A DNA stretch of 54,200 nucleotides, from the NCBI GenBank assembly GCA_002269645.1, contig NIVC01001721.1, forward strand, positions 1-54,200, given 5' to 3'. Position 1 is the stretch's first letter. Each line of letters begins with the position of its first letter. Of the stretch, positions 12,991 through 26,699 are shown piece by piece. Position numbers and translations under genes: made by a program. Origin of the DNA: Macrostomum lignano (lineage: Eukaryota). The notes under the pieces are model-generated. The model had not been told where the DNA came from, searched no databases, and saw only the letters and a list, made by a program, of their open reading frames with translations.

Positions 12991-14000
12991 GCAAATGGAC
13001 GATGGCTGCATTGTTGGGGGGGATGTTAGGTTGTTAGGCGATTGTCAGATAGTCAGGTAGTACGGCTCAAGTAGCTCATGTAATTCAGATAATGAAAAAG
13101 TACACACAAGTGATGCTGATTTCTGCTAATAGGAAATACCAGCGCATTCATTAAAGGTTTGATCCTTTGATTAAGGCTAATATAGAGAGAGGGTCTAGGG
13201 GCGTCAGGGATTTGCATATTGAGCTCCTGCTGCGGATCAGAATATGCCCCGGCCATTGACGATATCCATCAAGAGTTAGTGCTTGAACGGATAAGCACTA
13301 TTTGCTGATTTAGAAAGGGTTTTGGGCTGATGAAGGAAACTTTTTTGGCTAATGAAGGTTTGGATTAATGGCTATTTATTTCTGCCAAAATGAGAAAATG
13401 TAATTTTTTATTAATGGAAATCAATATTTTGGACGATTATAGTACAGTTACTCTTGTGTAAAAATAAAAACCAATTGGTGTCATTTTCAAGGCTCCCCAG
13501 CGGGGGGCTAAATGGCTAGTCCTATATACTAAAAATGAGTTGTCTGTATGTGGGTATGTGGGTATGCGATAGATTTCAGAAAAATTGGCTCAACCGATTT
13601 TCTTCAAACTTGCACCATTCGATCAGAAATTTTCCTGGGACGGTACATGCATCTTGGCTAAGAAATTTCTCAATGTTAAAGGGATTAAATATTCGAAAAA
13701 CATGCTTTTTTGCAAAGGTCAAGCAAAATTTTCGACTTGAAATGCATTGTAAGAATGCTAGAGAAAAGCCTGACTGACTGAATTTCAATTCTGATAAAGA
13801 TTGCATCACAACAAGTTGAAAACAGTGTCGAAGAAATGCACACACGACTTGATTTAAATTGCGTAACCAATATTGCTAACTTGAACTGAGACTGATACTG
13901 GCTGACTGAGAAATTGATTATGTCATAACTTTTTACTCTAATTGACTTGCTATAAGAATTAAATTATAAGGGCAACAGTTCATGTTCTCCAATTGAAAAT

Positions 14001-14079
14001 AGATAGCCTAGATGCGAACAGACTGGACTGCTAATGTAGCGACCTAGGTTCGAATCTTAGTAGTGCAAAAAAAATTTTT
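14001..14079 (+). ncRNA. tRNA-Ser(GCT)-derived Pol III-like cassette, unit 2
   Basis: A-box-like TAGCCTAGATG, TGGACTGCTAAT anticodon-arm motif, T-arm CTAGG-TTCGAAT-CTTAG, T5 run. Acceptor and D stems do not pair, so it is not a functional tRNA. Confidence 0.55.
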
Positions 14080-14129
14080 ATCAAAACACCCTAAAACACA
14101 AAAAGCTAAACATAAAGGAAGCGCAATAT

Positions 14130-17100
14130 CAAACATTAAAGAGCCAACCATCTAAAACATTAAAGAGCCACCATGTCAAACATATACATGACTCAATGTC
14201 AAACATATGCGTGACTCCATGTCAGACTTTAAGGGGCCACCATGTCGAACATTAAAGAGCCACCATTTGAACATTAAAGAGCCACCATGTCAAACATAAA
14301 AGAGCCACCATGTAAAACATATACGTGACTCCATGTCAAACATATACGTGACTCCATGTCAAACATATACGTGACTCCATGTCAAACATATACGTGACTC
14401 CATGTCAAACATATACGTGACTCCATGTCAAACATATACGTGACTCCATGTCAAACATATACGTGACTCCATGTCAGACATTAAAGTGCCACCATGTCGA
14501 ACATTAAAGAGCCTCCATGTCAAACAGATACATGACTCCATGTCAAACATATACATGACTCCATGTCAAACATTAAAGAGCCACCATGTCAAGCATTAAA
14601 GAGCCACCATGTCAAACATTGAAGAGCCACCATGTCGAACATTAAATAAACACGATGTTGAACAGTAAAGAGCCACGATGTTGAAAATTAAAGAGCCAGA
14701 CCAGGTTAAACATAAATAAGTCACCATGTCAAACATTAAAGAGCCACCATGTCTAACATTAAAGAGTCGCCATGTCAAACATATACATGACTCCATGTAA
14801 GACATTAAAGAGCCAGGCCAGGTTAAACATAAATAAGCCACCATGTCAAACATTAAAGAGCCGCCATGTCAAACATATACATGACTCCATGTCAGACATT
14901 CAAGAGCCACCATGTCAAACATTAAAGAGCCACTATGTCGAACTTTAAAGAGCCACTATGTCAAACATTAAAGAATCACAATGTAAAACATTAATGAGCC
15001 GGCATGTCGAAAATTAAACAGCCACCATGTCAAACATCAAAGAGCCACCATGTCAAACATATACATGACTCCATGTCGAACATTAAAGAGCCACCATTTC
15101 GAACATAAAAGAGCCACCATGTAAAACATATAGGTGACTCCATGTCAAATTTTAAAGAGCCACCATGTCAAAAATTAAAGAGCCGCAATGTCAAACATTG
15201 AAGAGAAATCATGTCTAACATTAAAGAACCACCATGTCTAACATTAGAGAGCCACCATGTCGAACATTAAAGAGCCACCATGTCAAGCATAAAAGAGCCA
15301 CCATGTCGAACAAAAAAGAGCCACCATGTCGAACATTAAAGAGCCACCATGTCCAACATATATGTGACTCCATGTCAAACATTAAAGAGCCACCATGTCA
15401 AACATTAAAGAGCCACCATGTCGAACATATATGTGACTCCATGTCAAACATAAAAGAGCCACCACGTAAAACATTAAAGAGCCACCATGTCAAACATAAA
15501 AGAGCCATCATGTCAAACATAAAAGAGCCATCATGTCAAACATAAAAAGCCACCATGTCAAACATAAAAGAGCCACCATGTCAAACATTAAAGAGCCATC
15601 ATGTCGAACATTAAAGAGCCACCATGTCTAACATTAAAGAGCCACCATGTTGAACATTAAAGAGCCACCATGTCTAACATCAAAGAGTCGCCATGTCAAA
15701 CATATACATGACTCCATGTAAGACATTAAAGAGCCAGGCCAGGTTAAACATAAATAAGCCACCATGTCAAACATTAAAGAGCCACCATGTCGAACATTAA
15801 AGAGCCGCCATGTCGAACATTAAAGAGCCGCCATGTCAAACATATACATGACTCCATGTCAGATATTCAAGAGCCACCATGTCGAACATTAAAGAGCCAC
15901 CATGTCGAACTTTAAAGAGCCAGTATGTCAAACATTAAAGAATCACAATGTAAAACATTAATGAGCCGGCATGTCGAAAATTAAAGAGCCACCATGTCAA
16001 ACATCAAAGAGCCACCATGTTAAACATATACATGACTCCATGTCGAACATTAAAGGGCCACCATGTCAAACATTAAAGAGCCACCATGTCAAACATAAAA
16101 GAGCTATCATGTCAAACATTAAAGAGCCATCATGTCAAACATAAAAGAGCCACCATGTCAAACATAAAAGAGCCACCATGCCAAACATTAAAGAGCCACC
16201 ATGTCAAACATATACGTGACTCAAACATGAAAAACCTGATGACAAACGTGGCGAACATTAAAGAGCCACCATGTCGAACATAAAAGAGCCACCATGTCAA
16301 AAATTAAAGAGCCGCAATGTCAAACATTGAAGAGAAATCATGTCTAACATTAAAGAGCCACCATGTCTAACATTAAAGAGCCACCATGTCTAACATTAAA
16401 GAGCCACCATGTCAAGCATAAAAGAGCCACCATGTCGAACATAAAAGAACCACCATGTCGAACAAAAAAGAGCCACCATGTCGAACATTAAAGAGCCACC
16501 ATGTCAAACATAAAAGAGCCATCATGTCAAACATAAAAGAGCCATCATGTCAAAGATAAAAGAGCCATTATGTCAAACATATACATGACTCCATGTCAAA
16601 CATAAAAGAGCCACCACGTAAAATATAAAAGATCTACCATGTCAAACATAAAAGAGCCATCATGTCAAACATAAAAGAGCCATCATGTCAAACATAAAAG
16701 AGCCACCATGTCAAACATAAAAGAGCCACCATGTCAAACATTAAAGAGCCATCATGTCGAACATTAAAGAGCCACCATGTCTAACATTAAAGAGCCACCA
16801 TGTCGAACATTAAAGAGCCACCATGTCTAACATTAAAGAGTCGCCATGTTAAACATATACATGACTCCATGTAAGACATTAAAGAGCCAGGTCAGGTTAA
16901 ACATAAATAAGCCACCATGTCAAACATATACATGACTCCATGTCAGACATTCAAGAGCCACCATGTCGAACATTAAAGAGCCACCATGTCGAACTTTAAA
17001 GAGCCAGTATGTCAAACATTAAAGAATCACAATGTAAAACATTAATGAGCCGGCATGTCGAAAATTAAAGAGCCACCATGTCAAACATCAAAGAGCCACC

Positions 17101-18200
17101 ATGTTAAACATATACATGACTCCATGTCGAACATTAAAGGGCCACCACGTCAAACATTAAAGAGCCACCATGTCAAACATAAAAGAGCTATCATGTCAAA
17201 CATTAAAGAGCCATCATGTCAAACATAAAAGAGCCACCATGTCAAACATAAAAGAGCCACCGTGCCAAACATTAAAGAGCCACCATGTCAAACATATACG
17301 TGACTCAAACATGAAAAACCTGATGACAAACGTGGCGAACATTAAAGAGCCACCATGTCGAACATAAAAGAGCCACCATGTAAAACATATAGGTGACTCC
17401 ATGTCAAATTTTAAAGAGCCACCATGTCAAACATTCAAGAGCCACCATGTCAAATGTTAAAGAGCCACCATGTCGAACATTAAAGAGTCACCATGCCAAA
17501 CATTAAAGAGCCACCATATCGAACATTAAAGAGCCACCAAGTCAAACATTAAAGAGCTACCATGTCAAACATTAAAGACCTACCATGTCAAACATTCAAG
17601 AGGCATCATGTCAAACATTCAAGAGCCACCATGTCAAACATTCAAGAGCCACCATGTCGAACATAAAAGAGCCACCATGTCAAACATTCAAGAGCCACCA
17701 TATCAAACATTCAAGAGCCACCACGTAAAACATTAAAGAGCCACCATGTCGAACATAAAAGAGCCACCATGCCAAACATAAAATAGCCACCATGTCGAAC
17801 ATTAAAGAAGCCACCATATCGAACATTAAAGAGCCACCGAGTCAAACATAAAAGAGCTACCATGTCAAACAATAAAGACCTACCATGTCAAACATTAAAG
17901 AGCCACCATGTCAAACATAAAAGAGCCACCATGTCAAACATATATGTGACTCCATGTCAAACAGTTAAGAGCCACCATGTCAAACATAAAAGAGCCACCA
18001 TGTCAAACATATATGTGACTCCATGTCAAACAGTAAAGAGCCACCATGTCAAGCATAAAAGAGCCACCATGTCGAACATAAAAGAACCACCATGTCAAAC
18101 ATAAAAGAGCCACTATGTCAAACAATAAACAGACACCATGTCAGACAATAAAAAAAACCCGAATCAAACATTAAAGAGCCACCATGTCAAACATAAAATT
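14130..18200. repeat. 23-bp minisatellite (CATGTCAAACATTAAAGAGCCAC, variant CATGTCAAACATATACATGACTC), unit 2
   Basis: Directly visible, with an approximately 1-kb higher-order duplication. Confidence 0.95.
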
Positions 18201-18309
18201 TACACAATTTCAAACGTAAAAGTAAGCGTCATACTAATTTTAAAGGAGCCACTATAGAGCTAAGGAAATTGTAGCACTAGCTACTTATTGTATGGTGGAT
18301 GCTTACTAT

Positions 18310-18422
18310 TTGGGGATGCTTGCTATCTGGGGGATGCTTGCTATCTGGGGGATGCTTGCTATCTGGGGGATGCTTGCTATCTGGGGGGTACTTGCTATCT
18401 GGGGGATGCTTGCTGTCTTGGG
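18310..18422. repeat. 18-bp repeat (GGGGGATGCTTGCTATCT), unit 2
   Basis: About 6 copies. Confidence 0.9.
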
Positions 18423-19027
18423 ATGATTTCTTCTTGCATTACACTTTATTTGAGCAGTTTGTCTGTCGTCTTTGTGAAGGCTTTATTTGGCTGTCTTTTT
18501 GTTACTTGTAGAGAACAGAGATTCTATCCAGATGTCCCCCAACGGGGGGCGAAGATTGCTAGTCCTATATACTAAAAATGAGTTGTCTGTATGTGGGTAG
18601 GTATGCGATAGATTTCAGAAAAAATGGCTCAACCGATTTTCTTCAAACTTGCACCATTTGATCAGAAATTTTCCTGGGACGGTACATGCATCTTGGCTAA
18701 GAAATTTCTCAATTTTAAAGGGATTAAATATTCGAAAAACATGCTTTTTTGCAAAGGTCAAGCAGCTCTTTCGACCTGAAATGCATTGTAAAAATGCTAG
18801 AGAAAAAACTGACTGACTGAATTCCAATTGTGATAAAGATTGCATCACAACCAGTTGAAAACAGTGCCGAACAAATGCACACAAAACTTGATTTAAATTG
18901 CGTAACAATATTGCTAACTTAAATTGACACTGATACTGGCTGACTGAGAAATTGATTATGTCATAACTTTTTACTCCAATTGACTTGCTATAAGAATTAA
19001 ATTATAAGGGCCACAATTCAAGACAAG

Positions 19028-19107
19028 AGATAGCATAGATGCGAACAGACTGGACTGCTAATGCTGCGACCTGGGTTCGAATCTTAGTAGTGCAAAAAGA
19101 TTTTTTT
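19028..19107 (+). ncRNA. tRNA-derived Pol III-like cassette, unit 3
   Basis: TAGCATAGATG..TGGACTGCTAAT..GGGTTCGAATC..T7. Confidence 0.55.
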
Positions 19108-19149
19108 ATTCAAAAACCTTAAAAACACAAAATGCTAAACACAAAAAAG

Positions 19150-22070
19150 CACAATGTCAAACATTAAAGAGCCACCATGTCAAACATTAAAGAGCCACCA
19201 TGTCAAACATATACATGACGCCATGTCGAACATAAAAGAGCCACCATGTCGAACATTAAAAAGCCACCATGTCAAACATTAAAGAGCCACCATTTCAAAC
19301 CTAAAAGAGCCACCATGTCGACCATTAAAGAGCCACCATGTCGAACATTAAAGAGCCACCATGTCCAACATATACATGACTCCATGTTGAACATTCAAGA
19401 GCTACCATGTCAAACATATACATGACGCCATGTCGAACATAAAAGAGCCACCATGTCGAACATTAAAAAGCCACCATGTCAAACATTAAAGAGCCACCAT
19501 TTCAAACCTAAAAGAGCCACCATGTCGAACATTAAAGAGCCACCATGTCAAACATTAAAGAGCAACCAGGTCAAACATATACATGACTCCATGTCGAACA
19601 TTGAAGAGCCACCATGTCGAACATTAAAGGGCCACCATGTCAAATATTAAAGGGCCACCATGTCAAATATTAAAGAGCCACCATGTCAAACATTAAAGAG
19701 CCACCAGGTCAAACATGAAAGTGCCACCATGTCTAACATTAAAGAGCCACCATGGCAAAAATATACATGACTCTATGTCGAACATTCAAGAGCTACCATG
19801 TCAAACATATACATGACTCCATGTCAAACATTAAAGAGACACTATGTCAAACATTAAAGAGCCACCAGGTCAAACATGAAAGTGCCACCATTTAACACAT
19901 TAAAGAGCCACCATGTCGAACATTTAAGAACCACCATGTCAAACATAAAATAGCCACCATGTGAAACATATACGTGACTCCATGTAAAACATTAAAGAGC
20001 TACCATTTCAGACATATACATGACTCCATGTCAAACATATACGTGACTCTATGTTAGACATTAAAGAGCCACCATGTCGAACATTAAAGAGTCAACATGT
20101 TAAAAATACAAGAGCATCCATGTCAAACATATACATGACTCCATGTCAAACATTGAAGAGACACCATGTCGAACATAAAAGAGCCACCATGCAAAACATA
20201 AAAGAGCCACCATGTCTAACATTAAAGAGCCACCATGGCAAACATATACATGACTCCATGTCAAACATTGAAGAGCCACCATGTTAAACATATACATGAC
20301 TCCATGTCAAACATTAAAGGGACACTATGTCAAACATTAAAGAGCCACCATGTCAAAACATATACATGACTCCATGTTGAACATTCAAGAGCTACCATGT
20401 CAAACATATACATGACTCCATGTTGAACATTCAAGAGCTACCATGTCAAACATATACATGACTCCATGTCAAACATTGAAGAGCCACCATGTCGAACATA
20501 AAAGGGCCACCATGTCAAATATTAAGAGCCACCATGTTAAACATTAAAGAGCCACCAGGTCAAACATGAAAGTGCCACCATGTAAAACATTGAAGAGCCA
20601 CCATGTCGAACATTTAAGAACCACCATGTCAAACATAAAATAGCCAACATGTGAAACATATACGTGATTCCATGTAAAACATTAAAGAGCTACCATATCA
20701 GGCATTTGCATGACTCCATGTCAAACATATAACGTGACTCCATGTTAGACAATTAAGAGCCACCATTTCGAACATTAAAGAGTCAACATGTTAAAAATAC
20801 AAGAGCATCCATGTCAAACATATACATGACTCCATGTCAAACATTGAAGAGACACCATGTCGAACATAAAAGAGCCACCATGCAAAACATAAAAGAGCCA
20901 CCATGCCTAACATTAAAGAGCCACCATGTCAAACATATACATGACTCCATGTCAAACATTAAAGAGACACTATGTCAAACATTAAAGAGCCACCATGTCG
21001 AACATTTAAGAGCCACCATGTCAAACATATACATGACTCCATGTTGAACATTCAAGAGCTACCATGTCAAACATATACATGACGCCATGTCGAACATTAA
21101 AGAGCCACCATGTCAAACATTGAAGAGCCACCATGTCAAACATTATAGAGCCACTATGTCGAACATTTAAGAGCCACCATGTCAAACATATACATGACTC
21201 CATGTTGAACATTAAAGAGCCACCATGTCGAACATTTAAGAGCCACCATGTCAAACATATACATGACTCCATGTTGAACATTCAAGAGCTACCATGTCAA
21301 ACATATACATGACGCCATGTCGAACATTAAAGAGCCACCATGTCAAACATTGAAGAGCCACCATGTCAAACATTATAGAGCCACTATGTCGAACATTTAA
21401 GAGCCACCATGTCAAACATATACATGACTCCATGTCGAACATTACAGAGCCACCATGTCAAAGATAAAAGAGCCACCATGTCAAACATAAAAGAGCCACC
21501 ATGTTCAATATTAAAGAGCCACCAGGTCAAACATGAAAGTTCCACCATGTAAAACATTAACGAGCCACCATGTAAAACATATACGTAACTCCATGTCAAA
21601 CATTGAAGCGACACCATGCCGAACATAAAAGAGCCACCATGTCGAACATAAAAGAGCTACCATGTCAAACATTAAAGAGCCACTATGTCAAACATATAAG
21701 TGACTTTATGTCGAACATTAAAGAGCCACCATGTCTAACATTAAAGAGCCACCATGTCCAACATTAAAGAGCCACCATGTCAAAAATTAAAGAGCCACCT
21801 TTTTGAACATTAAAGAGCCACCATGTCAAACATAATAGAGCCACCATGTCAAACATAATAGAGCCACCATGTCAAACATAATAGAGCCACCATGTCAAAC
21901 ATTAAAAAGCCACTTTGTCAAACATAGAAGAGCCCCCATTTCAAACATAGAAGAGCCACCATGTCAGACATTGAAAAGCCACCGTATCAAACATAAAAGA
22001 GTTACCATGTACGAGCGTAGAACAAAAAAGAGCCACAATGTATAACATAAAAGAGCCACCCTGTTAAACA
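19150..22070. repeat. 23-bp minisatellite, unit 3
   Basis: Same monomers as unit 2. Confidence 0.95.
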
Positions 22071-22174
22071 TAAAAGATACACAATTTCAAACGTAAAAGT
22101 AAGCGAATTTTAAAGGAGCCGCTATAATGCTAAGGAAATTGTCGCACTAGCTACTTATTGTCTGGTGGATGCTT

Positions 22175-22772
22175 ACTATTTGGGGATGCTATCTATCTTG
22201 GGGATGCTTGCTATCTTGGGGATGCTTCTATCTGGGGGACGCTTGCTATCTGGGGATGCTTGCTATCCGGGGGATGCTTGCTATCTTGGGGATGCTTGCT
22301 ATCTGAGGGATGCTTGCTATCTGAGGGATGCTTGCTATCTTAGGGATGCTTCTATCTGGGGGACGCTTGCTATCTGGGGATGCTTGCTATCCGGGGGATG
22401 CTTGCTATCTGGGGGATGCTTGCAATCTGGGGGATGCTTGCTATCTGAGGGATGCTTGCTATCTGGGGGATGCTTGCTATCTTGGGGATGCTTGCTATCT
22501 GAGGGATGCTTGCTATCTGGGGGATGCTTGCTATCTGGGGGATGCTTGCTATCTGGGGGATGCTTGCTATCTGGGGATGCTTGCTATCTGGGGGATGCTT
22601 GCTATCTGGGGGATGCTTGCTATCCGGGGGATGCTTGCTATCTGGGGGATGCTTGCTATCCGGGGGATGCTTGCTATCTGGGGGATGCTTGCTATCTGGG
22701 GGATGCTTGCTATCTTGGGGATGCTTGCTATCTGGGGGATGCTTGCTATCTGGGGGATGCTTGCGGTCTTGG
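22175..22772. repeat. 18-bp repeat (GGGGGATGCTTGCTATCT), unit 3
   Basis: Explains the LGDACY/WGMLAI repeat ORFs. Confidence 0.95.
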
Positions 22773-23387
22773 GATGATTTCTTTTTGCAATGCACTTCAT
22801 TTGAGCAGTTTGTCTGTTGTCTTTTTGAAGGATTTTTGGCTGTTTTTTTGTTACTTGTAGAGAACAGAGATTCTATCCAGATGTCCCCCATCGGGGGGCG
22901 AAGATTGCTAGTCCTATATACTAAAAATGAGTTGTCTGTATGTGGGTAGGTATGCGATAGATTTCAGAAAAAATGGCTCAACCGATTTTCTTCAAACTTG
23001 CACCATTCGATCAGAAATTTTCCTGGGACGGTACATGCATCTTGGCTAAGAAATTGCTCAATTTTAAAGGGATTAAATATTCGAAAAACATGCTTTTTTG
23101 CAAAGGTCAAGCAAAAATTTCGACTTGAAATGCATTGTAAGAATGCTAGAGAAAAAACTGACTGGCTGAATTTCAATTGTGATAAAGATTGCATCACAAC
23201 AAGGTGAAAACAGTGCCACAGAAACGCACACAAGACTTGATTAAAATTGCGTAACAATATTGCTAACTTAAATTAAGACTGATACTGGCTGACTGAGAAA
23301 TTGATTATGTCATAAATTTTTACTCTAACCGACTTGCTGTAAGAATTGAATTATAAGAGCCACAATTCATGTGCTCCAATTGAAGAA

Positions 23388-23467
23388 AGATAGCCTAGAT
23401 GCGAACAGACTGGACTGCTAATGTAGCGACCTGGGTTCGAATCTTGGTAGCGCAAAATGATTTTTTT
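23388..23467 (+). ncRNA. tRNA-derived Pol III-like cassette, unit 4
   Basis: TAGCCTAGATG..TGGACTGCTAAT..GGGTTCGAATC..T7. Confidence 0.55.
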
Positions 23468-23499
23468 ATTAAAACACCTTAAAAACAAAAAACTGCTAA

Positions 23500-24650
23500 A
23501 CATAAAAGAAGCGCAATGTCAAACATACAAAAGCCACCATGTCAAACATAAAAGAGCCACCATTTCGAACAAAAAAAGAGTTACCATTAAGAACATTAAA
23601 GAGCCACCATGTCGAACATTAAAGAGCCACCTTATCAAACATTAAAGAGCCACCATGTCGAACATTAAAGAGCCACCATGTCGAAACATTAAAGAGCCAC
23701 CATGTCAAACATAAAACAGACACCATTAAGAACATTAAAGAGCCACCATGGCGAACATTAAAAAGCCACCATGTCAAACATTAAAGAGCCACCATTTCAA
23801 ACCTAAAAGAGCCACCATGTCGAACATTAAAGAGCCACCTTATCAAACATTAAAGAGCCACCATGTCGAACATAAAAGATCTACCATGTAGAACATAAAA
23901 GAGTCACCATGTCAAACATTAAAGAGCCACCATGTAAAACATTAAAGAGCCACCATTTCGAACATTATTGAGCCACCATGTCCGACATTAAAGAGCCACC
24001 ATATCAAACATAAAAGAACTACCATGTCAAACATTAAAGAGCCACCATGTCGAACATAAAAGGGCCACCATGTCAAATATTAAAAAGCCACCATGTCAAA
24101 CGTTAAAGAGCCACCATGCCAAACATTAAAGAGCCAGCATGTCAAACATTTAAGAGCCACCATGTCGAACATTATTGAGCCACCATGTCAGACATTAAAG
24201 AGCCACCGTGCCAAACATAAAAGAGCCACCATATCAAACATAAAAGAACTAACATGTCAAACATTAAAGAGCCACCATGTCGAACATTATTGAGCCACCA
24301 TGTCGAACATAAAAGAGCCACCATGCCAAACATAAAAGAGCCGCCATGTCAAACATAAAAAAGCCACCATGTCAACCATAAAAGAACCACCACGTCAAGC
24401 ATATACATTACTCCATGTCAAACATTAAAGAGCCACAATGTCAAACACAAAAGAGCCACCATGTCAAACATAACAGAGACACCATGTCAAACATTAAAGA
24501 GCCACCATGTCAAATATTAAAGAACCACGATGTCAATCATTAAAGAGCCACTATGTCAAACATATACGTGACTCCATGTCAAACATTAAAGAGCTACCAT
24601 GTCAAACATAGAAGAGCCACCATGTCAAACATAAAAAGAAGTGTCATGCC
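23500..24650. repeat. 23-bp minisatellite, unit 4
   Basis: Same monomers as unit 2. Confidence 0.95.
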
Positions 24651-24719
24651 AAACAAAATGGAGCCACTATAAAGCTAAGGAAATTATTGCACTAGCTACT
24701 TGATGTCTGGTGGATGCTT

Positions 24720-25920
24720 GCTATTTAAGGATGGATACTTGCTATCAGGGGGATGCTTGCTATCTGAGTGATGCTTGCTATTGGGGGGAGGGATGCTTGC
24801 TATCGGAAGAATGCTTGCTATCTGGGGTAACTTGCTATTGGGGGATGCTTGCTCTTGGGGAGTGGAGGGTACTTGCTATCTGAGAGGGGGTTGCTAGCTA
24901 TCTATAAGGATTCTTTGTATCCAGGGATGCTTGCTATCTGGGGGATGGTTGCATGCTGTCTGGGGATGGTTGCATGCTGTCTGGGGATGGTTGCATGCTG
25001 TCTGGGGATGCTTGCATGCTGTCTAGGGATGCTTGCATGCTGTCTGGGGATGCTTGCATGCTGTCTGGGGATGCTTGCTATCTGGGCGATTCTTGCTATC
25101 TGGGAGATGCTTGCTATCTGGGGGATGCTTGCATGCTGTCTGGGGATGCTTGCTATCTGGGGGATTCTTGCTATCTGGGGGATGCTTGCGTGCTGTCTGG
25201 GGATGCTTGCTATATCTGGGGGATTCGTGCTATCTGGGAGATGCTTGCATGCTGTCTGGGGATGCTTGCTATCTGGGGGATTCTTGCTATTTGGGGGATG
25301 CTTGCTATCTGGGCGATTCTTGCTATCTGGGAGATGCTTGCTATCTGGGGGATGCTTGCATGCTGTCTGGGGATGCTTGCTATCTGGGGGATTCTTGCTA
25401 TCTGGGGGATGCTTGCGTGCTGTCTGGGGATGCTTGCTATATCTGGGGGATTCGTGCTATCTGGGAGATGCTTGCATGCTATCTGGGGATGCTTGCTATA
25501 TCTGGGGGATTCGTGCTATCTGGGAGATGCTTGCATGCTGTCTGGGGATGCTTGCTATCTGGGGGATGCTTGCGTGCTGTCTGGGGATGCTTGCTATCTG
25601 GGAGATTCGTGCTATCTGGGAGATGCTTGCATGCTGTCTGGGGATGCTTGCTATCTGGGGGATGCTTGCTATCTGGGGGATGCTTGCGTGCTGTCTGGGG
25701 ATGCTTGCTATATCTGGGGGATTCGTGCTATCTGGGAGATGCTTGCATGCTGTCTGGGGATGCTTGCTATCTGGGGGATTCGTGCTATCTGGAAGATGCT
25801 TGCATGCTGTCTGGGGATGCTTGCTATCTGGGGGATTCGTGCTATTTGGGAGATGCTTGCATGCTATCTGGGAGATGCTTGCATGCTATCTGGGAGATGC
25901 TTGCATGCTGTCTGGGGATG
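24720..25920. repeat. 18-bp plus 21/22-bp variant repeat (GGGGATGCTTGCATGCTGTCTG), unit 4
   Basis: Directly visible. Confidence 0.95.
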
Positions 25921-26077
25921 TTTTCTTTACAGATGGAATGTCTGTTGTCTTTGTGAAAGCTTTATTTCGCTGTCTTTTTGTTACTTTTAGAGAACAGATA
26001 TTCTATTTAGAATTTAGATGTCCCCCATCGGGGGGCGAAGATTGCTAGTCCTATATACTAAAAATGGTCTGTCTGTG

Positions 26078-26118
<41 letters not shown>

Positions 26119-26580
26119 GTGATCGATTAGAGAAAAAATGGCTGGACCGATTTTGTTCAAACTTGCACTGTTCGATCAGAAATTTTCCCGTGACTGTACA
26201 TGCATCGCGGCTAAGAAATTGCTCGATGCTAAAGGCATTAAATATTCGAAAAACATGCTTTTTTGCAAAGGTCAAGCAAACTTTTCGACTTGAAATGCAT
26301 TGTAAGAATGCTAGAGAAAAAACTGACTGGTTGAATTCTGGTTCTGAAATAGATTGCATCATCACTGAATTGTAACTCCGACTTGAATTGAAAATGCAGT
26401 GTGGAAGCGTAGCACCAGACTTGATTTAAATTGCGTAACCATATTGTTAACTGATACTGACTGACTGAGAAACTGATTATGTCATAACTGCTTCGTGTGA
26501 TTTACTCTATGCTTGGATTTTAAACTGTTGAATTATATATATATATATAAGTGCAAAATTTGATGTTATCAAAAAGATGA

Positions 26581-26659
26581 GAACTAGCCTAGAGGTGAAC
26601 AGACTGAACTGCTAAATGCAGCGACGATGGTTCGAATTTTCATAGAGTATAATTTTTTT
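26581..26659 (+). ncRNA. Diverged tRNA-derived cassette, unit 5a (copy at 32034-32112 in 5b)
   Basis: TAGCCTAGAGG..TGAACTGCTAAAT..GGTTCGAATTT..T7. Confidence 0.45.
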
Positions 26660-26699
26660 AATTAAAGCTTTTCAACGTCAGGAAAACTAAAAGACTTTT

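Larger units (their letters stand above)
8803..13519 (+). mobile_element. Helitron unit 1 (diverged subfamily)
   Basis: 5' A|TCTAAATATACTAAA. Its 5' block is homologous to the other units (ACCGATTTTC..TTAAATATTCGAAAAACATG..CTGATACTG), with a partial second copy at about 9280-9490. 3' hairpin GCTCCCC-AGC-GGGGGGC then CTAG. Confidence 0.75.
13520..18562 (+). mobile_element. Helitron unit 2
   Basis: TCCTATATACTAAAA start, about 600-bp conserved block, 23-bp array, 18-bp array, hairpin GTCCCCC-AAC-GGGGGGC, CTAG. Confidence 0.88.
18563..22911 (+). mobile_element. Helitron unit 3
   Basis: Same architecture and termini as unit 2. Confidence 0.88.
22912..26048 (+). mobile_element. Helitron unit 4
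   Basis: Same architecture and termini as unit 2. Confidence 0.88.

Noticed and set aside
13535-13870. Recurrent 60-100 aa ORFs in the Helitron 5' blocks (also about 8844, 18615, 22964, 26064) as a conserved small gene
   Set aside because: Starts, stops and strands vary between copies, and no RepHel or other motif is present.
14130-24650. 23-bp arrays as CRISPR arrays
   Set aside because: No unique spacers, no cas genes, and a spliced eukaryotic context.
22158-26048. LGDACY/WGMLAI repeat ORFs as Cys-rich proteins
   Set aside because: Products of the 18-bp array inside non-coding Helitron units.
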